Positions 52,298 to 64,000 of a DNA stretch of 64,000 bases are shown here, in pieces. The notes beneath the pieces are model-generated. The model did no database searches and had not been told where the DNA came from. It saw only the letters and a list, made by a program, of their open reading frames with translations. Position 1 is the first letter of the stretch, and each line of letters begins with the position of its first letter. The stretch covers positions 3,906,001-3,970,000 of the forward strand of contig OZ059899.1 in NCBI GenBank assembly GCA_964057225.1, in the 5' to 3' direction. A program made the position numbers and the translations under genes. The stretch comes from Auanema rhodensis (taxonomy: Eukaryota; Animalia; Nematoda).

Positions 52298-55200
52298 GAT
52301 CTGTGTTATCAGATTTGCGCTAGCTTAAAAATGCACCGAGATATCAACTGATATAAGTTCACACTTATATCCTCGATTTTCACCCTGAAGAATTAATTTT
52401 TTCGTTGAATAACATTGTCCATCGTCTTTGCCTTGAAAAATGGAATCTAAAAACATCTACTTTTTGCTAAATTATTTTGAAATTTTTCGAAAAAATTTTT
52501 GTCAAAATGTTTTTGGAAGCAATGTTGAGTGTACATGGAAACTCAACATACACTAATGCATCATTTTTCAAACGATCATAACTAATTTTTGTATCAAGTG
52601 TTTCTCAATGTAGTATAGTGCATTCGATGCGGATTTTTAAGCTGCGTCGATCTGTGTTATCAGATTTGCGCTAGCTTAAAAATGCACCGAGATATCAACT
52701 GATATAAGTTCACACTTATATCCTCGATTTTCACCCTGAAGAATTAATTTTTTCGTTGAATAACATTGTCCATCGTCTTTGCCTTGAAAAATGGAATCTA
52801 AAAACATCTACTTTCTGCTAAATTATTTTGAAATTTTTCGAAAAAATTTTTGTCAAAATGTTTTTGGAAGCAATGTTGAGTGCACATGGAAACTCAACAT
52901 ACACTAATGCATCATTTTTCAAACGATCATAACTAATTTTTGTATTAAGCGTTTCTCAATGTAGTATAGTGCATTCGATGCGGATTTTTAAGCTGCGTCG
53001 ATCTGTGTTATCAGATTTGCGCTAGCTTAAAAATGCACCGAGATATCAACTGATATAAGTTTACACTTATATCCTCGATTTTCACCCTGAAGAATTAATT
53101 TTTTCGTTGAATAACATTGTCCATCGTCTTTGCCTTGAAAAATGGAATCTAAAAACATCTACTTTTTGCTAAATTATTTTGAAATTTTTCGAAAAAATTT
53201 TTGTCAAAATGTTTTTGGAAGCAATGTTGAGTGTACATGGAAACTCAACATACACTAATGCATCATTTTTCAAACGATCATAACTAATTTTTGTATTAAG
53301 CGTTTCTCAATGTAGTATAGTGCATTCGATGCGGATTTTCAAGCTGCGTCGATCTGTGTTATCAGATTTGCGCTAGCTTAAAAATGCACCGAGATATCAA
53401 CTGATATAAGTTCACACATATATACCCGATTTTCACCCTGAAGAATTAATTTTTTCGTTGAATAACATTGTCCATCGTCTTTGCCTTGAAAAATGGAATC
53501 TAAAAACATCTACTTTTTGCTAAATTATTTTGAAATTTTTCGAAAAAATTTTTGTCAAAATGTTTTTGGAAGCAATGTTGAGTGTACATGGAAACTCAAC
53601 ATACACTAATGCATCATTTTTCAAACGATCATAACTAATTTTTGTATCAAGTGTTTCTCAATGTAGTATAGTGCATTCGATGCGGATTTTCAAGCTGCGT
53701 CGATCTGTGTTATCAGATTTGCGCTAGCTTAAAGATGCACCGAGATATCAACTGATATAAGTTCACACATATATACCCGATTTTCACCCTGAAGAATTAA
53801 TTTTTTCGTTGAATAACATTGTCCATCGTCTTTGCCTTGAAAAAAGGAATCTAAAAACATCTACTTTTTGCTAAATTATTTTGAAATTTTTCGAAAAAAT
53901 TTTTGTCAAAATGTTTTTGGAAGCAATGTTGAGTGCACATGGAAACTCAACATACACTAATGCATCATTTTTCAAACGATCATAACTAATTTTTGTATTA
54001 AGCGTTTCTCAATGTAGTATAGTGCATTCGATGCGGATTTTTAAGCTGCGTCGATCTGTGTTATCAGATTTGCGCTAGCTTAAAAATGCACCGAGATATC
54101 AACTGATATAAGTTTACACTTATATCCTCGATTTTCACCCTGAAGAATTAATTTTTTCGTTGAATAACATTGTCCATCGTCTTTGCCTTGAAAAAAGGAA
54201 TCTAAAAACATCTACTTTTTGCTAAATTATTTTGAAATTTTTCGAAAAAATTTTTGTCAAAATGTTTTTGGAAGCAATGTTGAGTGTACATGGAAACTCA
54301 ACATACACTAATGCATCATTTTTCAAACGATCATAACTAATTTTTGTATCAAGTGTTTCTCAATGTAGTATAGTGCATTCGAAGCGGATTTTTAAGCTGC
54401 GTCGATCTGTGTTATCAGATTTGCGCTAGCTTAAAAATGCACCGAGATATCAACTGATATAAGTTCACACTTATATCCTCGATTTTCACCCTGAAGAATT
54501 AATTTTTTCGTTGAATAACATTGTCCATCGTCTTTGCCTTGAAAAATGGAATCTAAAAACATCTACTTTTTGCTAAATTATTTTGAAATTTTTCGAAAAA
54601 ATTTTTGTCAAAATGTTTTTGGAAGCAATGTTGAGTGTACATGGAAACTCAACATACACTAATGCATCATTTTTCAAACGATCATAACTAATTTTTGTAT
54701 CAAGTGTTTCTCAATGTAGTATAGTGCATTCGATGCGGATTTTTAAGCTGCGTCGATCTGTGTTATCAGATTTGCGCTAGCTTAAAAATGCACCGAGATA
54801 TCAACTGATATAAGTTCACACTTATATCCTCGATTTTCACCCTGAAGAATTAATTTTTTCGTTGAATAACATTGTCCATCGTCTTTGCCTTGAAAAATGG
54901 AATCTAAAAACATCTACTTTCTGCTAAATTATTTTGAAATTTTTCGAAAAAATTTTTGTCAAAATGTTTTTGGAAGCAATGTTGAGTGCACATGGAAACT
55001 CAACATACACTAATGCATCATTTTTCAAACGATCATAACTAATTTTTGTATTAAGCGTTTCTCAATGTAGTATAGTGCATTCGATGCGGATTTTTAAGCT
55101 GCGTCGATCTGTGTTATCAGATTTGCGCTAGCTTAAAAATGCACCGAGATATCAACTGATATAAGTTTACACTTATATCCTCGATTTTCACCCTGAAGAA

Positions 55201-58200
55201 TTAATTTTTTCGTTGAATAACATTGTCCATCGTCTTTGCCTTGAAAAAAGGAATCTAAAAACATTTACTTTTTGCTAATTTATTTTGAAATTTTTCGAAA
55301 AAATTTTTGTCAAAATGTTTTTGGAAGCAATGTTGAGTGTACATGGAAACTCAACATACACTAATGCATCATTTTTCAAACGATCATAACTAATTTTTGT
55401 ATTAAGCGTTTCTCAATGTAGTATAGTGCATTCGATGCGGATTTTCAAGCTGCGTCGATCTGTGTTATCAGATTTGCGCTAGCTTAAAAATGCACCGAGA
55501 TATCAACTGATATAAGTTCACACATATATACCCGATTTTCACCCTGAAGAATTAATTTTTTCGTTGAATAACATTGTCCATCGTCTTTGCCTTGAAAAAT
55601 GGAATCTAAAAACATCTACTTTTTGCTAAATTATTTTGAAATTTTTCGAAAAAATTTTTGTCAAAATGTTTTTGGAAGCAATGTTGAGTGTACATGGAAA
55701 CTCAACATACACTAATGCATCATTTTTCAAACGATCATAACTAATTTTTGTATCAAGTGTTTCTCAATGTAGTATAGTGCATTCGATGCGGATTTTCAAG
55801 CTGCGTCGATCTGTGTTATCAGATTTGCGCTAGCTTAAAGATGCACCGAGATATCAACTGATATAAGTTCACACATATATACCCGATTTTCACCCTGAAG
55901 AATTAATTTTTTCGTTGAATAACATTGTCCATCGTCTTTGCCTTGAAAAAAGGAATCTAAAAACATCTACTTTTTGCTAAATTATTTTGAAATTTTTCGA
56001 AAAAATTTTTGTCAAAATGTTTTTGGAAGCAATGTTGAGTGCACATGGAAACTCAACATACACTAATGCATCATTTTTCAAACGATCATAACTAATTTTT
56101 GTATTAAGCGTTTCTCAATGTAGTATAGTGCATTCGATGCGGATTTTTAAGCTGCGTCGATCTGTGTTATCAGATTTGCGCTAGCTTAAAAATGCACCGA
56201 GATATCAACTGATATAAGTTTACACTTATATCCTCGATTTTCACCCTGAAGAATTAATTTTTTCGTTGAATAACATTGTCCATCGTCTTTGCCTTGAAAA
56301 AAGGAATCTAAAAACATCTACTTTTTGCTAAATTATTTTGAAATTTTTCGAAAAAATTGTTGTCAAAATGTTTTTGGAAGCAATGTTGAGTGTACATGGA
56401 AACTCAACATACACTAATGCATCATTTTTCAAACGATCATAACTAATTTTTGTATCAAGTGTTTCTCAATGTAGTATAGTGCATTCGAAGCGGATTTTTA
56501 AGCTGCGTCGATCTGTGTTATCAGATTTGCGCTAGCTTAAAAATGCACCGAGATATCAACTGATATAAGTTCACACTTATATCCTCGATTTTCACCCTGA
56601 AGAATTAATTTTTTCGTTGAATAACATTGTCCATCGTCTTTGCCTTGAAAAATGGAATCTAAAAACATCTACTTTTTGCTAAATTATTTTGAAATTTTTC
56701 GAAAAAATTTTTGTCAAAATGTTTTTGGAAGCAATGTTGAGTGTACATGGAAACTCAACATACACTAATGCATCATTTTTCAAACGATCATAACTAATTT
56801 TTGTATCAAGTGTTTCTCAATGTAGTATAGTGCATTCGATGCGGATTTTTAAGCTGCGTCGATCTGTGTTATCAGATTTGCGCTAGCTTAAAAATGCACC
56901 GAGATATCAACTGATATAAGTTCACACTTATATCCTCGATTTTCACCCTGAAGAATTAATTTTTTCGTTGAATAACATTGTCCATCGTCTTTGCCTTGAA
57001 AAATGGAATCTAAAAACATCTACTTTCTGCTAAATTATTTTGAAATTTTTCGAAAAAATTTTTGTCAAAATGTTTTTGGAAGCAATGTTGAGTGCACATG
57101 GAAACTCAACATACACTAATGCATCATTTTTCAAACGATCATAACTAATTTTTGTATTAAGCGTTTCTCAATGTAGTATAGTGCATTCGATGCGGATTTT
57201 TAAGCTGCGTCGATCTGTGTTATCAGATTTGCGCTAGCTTAAAAATGCACCGAGATATCAACTGATATAAGTTTACACTTATATCCTCGATTTTCACCCT
57301 GAAGAATTAATTTTTTCGTTGAATAACATTGTCCATCGTCTTTGCCTTGAAAAAAGGAATCTAAAAACATCTACTTTTTGCTAATTTATTTTGAAATTTT
57401 TCGAAAAAATTTTTGTCAAAATGTTTTTGGAAGCAATGTTGAGTGTACATGGAAACTCAACATACACTAATGCATCATTTTTCAAACGATTATAACTAAT
57501 TTTTGTATTAAGCGTTTCTCAATGTAGTATAGTGCATTCGATGCGGATTTTCAAGCTGCGTCGATCTGTGTTATCAGATTTGCGCTAGCTTAAAAATGCA
57601 CCGAGATATCAACTGATATAAGTTCACACATATATACCCGATTTTCACCCTGAAGAATTAATTTTTTCGTTGAATAACATTGTCCATCGTCTTTGCCTTG
57701 AAAAATGGAATCTAAAAACATCTACTTTTTGCTAAATTATTTTGAAATTTTTCGAAAAAATTTTTGTCAAAATGTTTTTGGAAGCAATGTTGAGTGTACA
57801 TGGAAACTCAACATACACTAATGCATCATTTTTCAAACGATCATAACTAATTTTTGTATCAAGTGTTTCTCAATGTAGTATAGTGCATTCGATGCGGATT
57901 TTTAAGCTGCGTCGATCTGTGTTATCAGATTTGCGCTAGCTTAAAAATGCACCGAGATATCAACTGATATAAGTTCACACTTATATCCTCGATTTTCACC
58001 CTGAAGAATTAATTTTTTCGTTGAATAACATTGTCCATCGTCTTTGCCTTGAAAAATGGAATCTAAAAACATCTACTTTCTGCTAAATTATTTTGAAATT
58101 TTTCGAAAAAATTTTTGTCAAAATGTTTTTGGAAGCAATGTTGAGTGCACATGGAAACTCAACATACACTAATGCATCATTTTTCAAACGATCATAACTA

Positions 58201-61072
58201 ATTTTTGTATTAAGCGTTTCTCAATGTAGTATAGTGCATTCGATGCGGATTTTTAAGCTGCGTCGATCTGTGTTATCAGATTTGCGCTAGCTTAAAAATG
58301 CACCGAGATATCAACTGATATAAGTTTACACTTATATCCTCGATTTTCACCCTGAAGAATTAATTTTTTCGTTGAATAACATTGTCCATCGTCTTTGCCT
58401 TGAAAAAAGGAATCTAAAAACATTTACTTTTTGCTAATTTATTTTGAAATTTTTCGAAAAAATTTTTGTCAAAATGTTTTTGGAAGCAATGTTGAGTGTA
58501 CATGGAAACTCAACATACACTAATGCATCATTTTTCAAACGATCATAACTAATTTTTGTATTAAGCGTTTCTCAATGTAGTATAGTGCATTCGATGCGGA
58601 TTTTCAAGCTGCGTCGATCTGTGTTATCAGATTTGCGCTAGCTTAAAAATGCACCGAGATATCAACTGATATAAGTTCACACATATATACCCGATTTTCA
58701 CCCTGAAGAATTAATTTTTTCGTTGAATAACATTGTCCATCGTCTTTGCCTTGAAAAATGGAATCTAAAAACATCTACTTTTTGCTAAATTATTTTGAAA
58801 TTTTTCGAAAAAATTTTTGTCAAAATGTTTTTGGAAGCAATGTTGAGTGTACATGGAAACTCAACATACACTAATGCATCATTTTTCAAACGATCATAAC
58901 TAATTTTTGTATCAAGTGTTTCTCAATGTAGTATAGTGCATTCGATGCGGATTTTCAAGCTGCGTCGATCTGTGTTATCAGATTTGCGCTAGCTTAAAGA
59001 TGCACCGAGATATCAACTGATATAAGTTCACACATATATACCCGATTTTCACCCTGAAGAATTAATTTTTTCGTTGAATAACATTGTCCATCGTCTTTGC
59101 CTTGAAAAAAGGAATCTAAAAACATCTACTTTTTGCTAAATTATTTTGAAATTTTTCGAAAAAATTTTTGTCAAAATGTTTTTGGAAGCAATGTTGAGTG
59201 CACATGGAAACTCAACATACACTAATGCATCATTTTTCAAACGATCATAACTAATTTTTGTATTAAGCGTTTCTCAATGTAGTATAGTGCATTCGATGCG
59301 GATTTTTAAGCTGCGTCGATCTGTGTTATCAGATTTGCGCTAGCTTAAAAATGCACCGAGATATCAACTGATATAAGTTTACACTTATATCCTCGATTTT
59401 CACCCTGAAGAATTAATTTTTTCGTTGAATAACATTGTCCATCGTCTTTGCCTTGAAAAAAGGAATCTAAAAACATCTACTTTTTGCTAAATTATTTTGA
59501 AATTTTTCGAAAAAATTGTTGTCAAAATGTTTTTGGAAGCAATGTTGAGTGTACATGGAAACTCAACATACACTAATGCATCATTTTTCAAACGATCATA
59601 ACTAATTTTTGTATCAAGTGTTTCTCAATGTAGTATAGTGCATTCGAAGCGGATTTTTAAGCTGCGTCGATCTGTGTTATCAGATTTGCGCTAGCTTAAA
59701 AATGCACCGAGATATCAACTGATATAAGTTCACACTTATATCCTCGATTTTCACCCTGAAGAATTAATTTTTTCGTTGAATAACATTGTCCATCGTCTTT
59801 GCCTTGAAAAATGGAATCTAAAAACATCTACTTTTTGCTAAATTATTTTGAAATTTTTCGAAAAAATTTTTGTCAAAATGTTTTTGGAAGCAATGTTGAG
59901 TGTACATGGAAACTCAACATACACTAATGCATCATTTTTCAAACGATCATAACTAATTTTTGTATCAAGTGTTTCTCAATGTAGTATAGTGCATTCGATG
60001 CGGATTTTTAAGCTGCGTCGATCTGTGTTATCAGATTTGCGCTAGCTTAAAAATGCACCGAGATATCAACTGATATAAGTTCACACTTATATCCTCGATT
60101 TTCACCCTGAAGAATTAATTTTTTCGTTGAATAACATTGTCCATCGTCTTTGCCTTGAAAAATGGAATCTAAAAACATCTACTTTCTGCTAAATTATTTT
60201 GAAATTTTTCGAAAAAATTTTTGTCAAAATGTTTTTGGAAGCAATGTTGAGTGCACATGGAAACTCAACATACACTAATGCATCATTTTTCAAACGATCA
60301 TAACTAATTTTTGTATTAAGCGTTTCTCAATGTAGTATAGTGCATTCGATGCGGATTTTTAAGCTGCGTCGATCTGTGTTATCAGATTTGCGCTAGCTTA
60401 AAAATGCACCGAGATATCAACTGATATAAGTTTACACTTATATCCTCGATTTTCACCCTGAAGAATTAATTTTTTCGTTGAATAACATTGTCCATCGTCT
60501 TTGCCTTGAAAAAAGGAATCTAAAAACATCTACTTTTTGCTAATTTATTTTGAAATTTTTCGAAAAAATTTTTGTCAAAATGTTTTTGGAAGCAATGTTG
60601 AGTGTACATGGAAACTCAACATACACTAATGCATCATTTTTCAAACGATTATAACTAATTTTTGTATTAAGCGTTTCTCAATGTAGTATAGTGCATTCGA
60701 TGCGGATTTTCAAGCTGCGTCGATCTGTGTTATCAGATTTGCGCTAGCTTAAAAATGCACCGAGATATCAACTGATATAAGTTCACACATATATACCCGA
60801 TTTTCACCCTGAAGAATTAATTTTTTCGTTGAATAACATTGTCCATCGTCTTTGCCTTGAAAAATGGAATCTAAAAACATCTACTTTTTGCTAAATTATT
60901 TTGAAATTTTTCGAAAAAATTTTTGTCAAAATGTTTTTGGAAGCAATGTTGAGTGTACATGGAAACTCAACATACACTAATGCATCATTTTTCAAACGAT
61001 CATAACTAATTTTTGTATCAAGTGTTTCTCAATGTAGTATAGTGCATTCGATGCGGATTTTTAAGCTGCGTC
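52298..61072. repeat. Nested higher-order repeats: 6-mer (M150-155 / M156-161) overlapped by 9-mer (M157-165 / M166-174, 3159 bp)
   Basis: T331A (CGAAGCGG) at 54383, 56489 and 59648 (spacings 2106 and 3159); C160T at 55265/58424; T201G at 56359/59518. Confidence 0.9.
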
Positions 61073-64000
61073 GATCTGTGTTATCAGATTTGCGCTAGCT
61101 TAAAAATGCACCGAGATATCAACTGATATAAGTTCACACTTATATCCTCGATTTTCACCCTGAAGAATTAATTTTTTCGTTGAATAACATTGTCCATCGT
61201 CTTTGCCTTGAAAAATGGAATCTAAAAACATCTACTCTTTGCTTAATTATTTTGAAATTTTTCGAAAAAATTTTTGTCAAAATGTTTTTGGAAGCAATGT
61301 TGAGTGTACATGGAAACTCAACATACACTAATGCATCATTTTTCAAACGATCATAACTAATTTTTGTATTAAGCGTTTCTCAATGTAGTATAGTGCATTC
61401 GATGCGGATTTTCAAGCTGCGTCGATCTGTGTTATCAGATTTGCGCTAGCTTAAAAATGCACCGAGATATCAACTGATATAAGTTCACACATATATACCC
61501 GATTTTCACCCTGAAGAATTAATTTTTTCGTTGAATAACATTGTCCATCGTCTTTGCCTTGAAAAATGGAATCTAAAAACATCTACTTTTTGCTAAATTA
61601 TTTTGAAATTTTTCGAAAAAATTTCTGTCAAAATGTTTTTGGAAGCAATGTTGAGTGTACATGGAAACTCAACATACACTAATGCATCATTTTTCAAACG
61701 ATCATAACTAATTTTTGTATCAAGTGTTTCTCAATGTAGTATAGTGCATTCGATGCGGATTTTTAAGCTGCGTCGATCTGTGTTATCAGATTTGCGCTAG
61801 CTTAAAAATGCACCGATATATCAACTGATATAAGTTCACACTTATATCCTCGATTTTCACCCTGAAGAATTAATTTTTTCGTTGAATAACATTGTCCATC
61901 GTCTTTGCCTTGAAAAATGGAATCTAAAAACATCTACTTTTTGCTAAATTATTTTGAAATTTTTCGAAAAAATTTCTGTCAAAATGTTTTTGGAAGCAAT
62001 GTTGAGTGTACATGGAAACTCAACATACACTAATGCATCATTTTTCAAACGATCATAACTAATTTTTGTATCAAGTGTTTCTCAATGTAGTATAGTGCAT
62101 TCGATGCGGATTTTTAAGCTGCGTCGATCTGTGTTATCAGATTTGCGCTAGCTTAAAAATGCACCGATATATCAACTGATATAAGTTCACACTTATATCC
62201 TCGATTTTCACCCTGAAGAATTAATTTTTTCGTTGAATAACATTGTCCATCGTCTTTGCTTTGAAAAATGGAATCTAAAAACATCTACTTTTTGCTAAAT
62301 TATTTTGAAATTTTTCGAAAAAATTTCTGTCAAAATGTTTTTGGAAGCAATGTTGAGTGTACATGGAAACTCAACATACACTAATGCATCATTTTTCAAA
62401 CGATCATAACTAATTTTTGTATCAAGTGTTTCTCAATGTAGTATAGTGCATTCGATGCGGATTTTTAAGCTGCGTCGATCTGTGTTATCAGATTTGCGCT
62501 AGCTTAAAAATGCACCGAGATATCAACTGATATAAGTTCACACTTATATCCTCGATTTTCACCCTGAAGAATTAATTTTTTCGTTGAATAACATCGTCCA
62601 TCGTCTTTGCCTTGAAAAATGGAATCTAAAAACATCTACTTTTTGCTAAATTATTTTGAAATTTTTCGAAAAAATTTTTGTCAAAATATTTTTGGAAGCA
62701 ATGTTGAGTGCACATGGAAACTCAACATACACTAATGCATCATTTTTCAAACGATCATAACTAATTTTTGTATCAAGCGTTTCTTAATGTAGTATAGTGC
62801 ATTCGATGCGGATTTTTAAGCTGCGTCGATCTGTGTTATCAGATTTGCGCTAGCTTAAAAATGCACCGATATATCAACTGATATAAGTTCACACTTATAT
62901 CCTCGATTTTCACCCTGAAGAATTAATTTTTTCGTTGAATAACATTGTCCATCGTCTTTGCCTTTAAAAATGGAATCTAAAAACATCTACTTTTTGCTAA
63001 ATTATTTTGAAATTTTTCGAAAAAATTTCTGTCAAAATGTTTTTGGAAGCAATGTTGAGTGTACATGGAAACTCAACATACACTAATGCATCATTTTTCA
63101 AACGATCATAACTAATTTTTGTATCAAGTGTTTCTCAATGTAGTATAGTGCATTCGATGCGGATTTTTAAGCTGCGTCGATCTGTGTTATCAGATTTGCG
63201 CTAGCTTAAAAATGCACCGAGATATCAACTGATATAAGTTCACACTTATATCCTCGATTTTCACCCTGAAGAATTAATTTTTTCGTTGAATAACATCGTC
63301 CATCGTCTTTGCCTTGAAAAATGGAATCTAAAAACATCTACTTTTTGCTAAATTATTTTGAAATTTTTCGAAAAAATTTTTGTCAAAATATTTTTGGAAG
63401 CAATGTTGAGTGCACATGGAAACTCAACATACACTAATGCATCATTTTTCAAACGATCATAACTAATTTTTGTATCAAGTGTTTCTCAATGTAGTATAGT
63501 GCATTCGATGCGGATTTTTAAGCTGCGTCGATCTGTGTTATCAGATTTGCGCTAGCTTAAAAATGCACCGAGATATCAACTGATATAAGTTCACACTTAT
63601 ATCCTCGATTTTCACCCTGAAGAAATAATTTTTTCGTTGAATAACATTGTCCATCGTCTTTGCCTTGAAAAATGGAATCTAAAAACATCTACTTTTTGCT
63701 AAATTATTTTGAAATTTTTCGAAAAAATTTTTGTCAAAATATTTTTGGAAGCAATGTTGAGTGCACATGGAAACTCAACATACACTAATGCATCATTTTT
63801 CAAACGATCATAACTAATTTTTGTATCAAGCGTTTCTTAATGTAGTATAGTGCATTCGATGCGGATTTTTAAGCTGCGTCGATCTGTGTTATCAGATTTG
63901 CGCTAGCTTAAAAATGCACCGAGATATCAACTGATATAAGTTCACACTTATATCCTCGATTTTCACCCTGAAGAAATAATTTTTTCGTTGAATAACATTG

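Larger units (their letters stand above)
1..64000. repeat. Tandem satellite DNA array, 351-bp monomer, 182 full copies plus a 120-bp partial; runs off both window ends
   Basis: GATCTGTGTTATCAG recurs at 1, 352, 703 ... 7021, 14041 and 21061 (exactly 351n+1). After two 1-bp deletions it recurs at 23165+351n up to 63881. Copies differ by only a few substitutions and there is no intervening unique DNA. Confidence 0.99.

Noticed and set aside
61155-61346. Third 63-aa ORF
   Set aside because: An independent single substitution (A172T) at the same stop codon in M175; there is no evidence of coding function.
1-64000. Monomer length is a multiple of 3 (117 codons), suggesting a giant repetitive protein gene
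   Set aside because: The ORF track lists nothing longer than 63 aa, so no frame stays open across monomers.
1-64000. CRISPR-like or other repeat-spacer array
   Set aside because: The hairpins recur regularly but the DNA between them is also near-identical in every unit. There are no unique spacers and no associated genes.

Overview
The whole 64-kb window is one uninterrupted head-to-tail tandem satellite array. It has a 351-bp AT-rich monomer (monomer 1 is about 31% GC by my count), 182 complete copies plus a 120-bp partial copy, all in one orientation. I found no genes, RNA genes, transposon insertions, CRISPR spacers or unique sequence. Monomer starts fall at 1+351n up to copy 63. The only length changes I see are the same 1-bp deletion in copies 63 and 66. 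Copies differ by only a few substitutions, but these are highly structured. (i) They define a series of local higher-order duplications of 2, 3, 4, 5, 6, 8, 9 and 12 monomers, often with recombinant monomers at the junctions. (ii) Diagnostic variants turn over from left to right. (iii) There are short divergent patches that look like conversion tracts. Each monomer carries several dyad symmetries: a ~51-bp imperfect hairpin across the monomer junction, two 9-bp perfect stems and a 12-bp palindrome. Several polymorphisms sit at mutually base-paired positions of these stems with complementary alleles. The sequence looks like (peri)centromeric or heterochromatic satellite from a eukaryote without CpG depletion, possibly an invertebrate (inference). 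I cannot name the family or species. The three 63-aa ORFs are chance stop-loss variants. Notation: Mn is the nth monomer and pos is the position within a monomer counted from GATCTGTG. All variant typing was done by eye.
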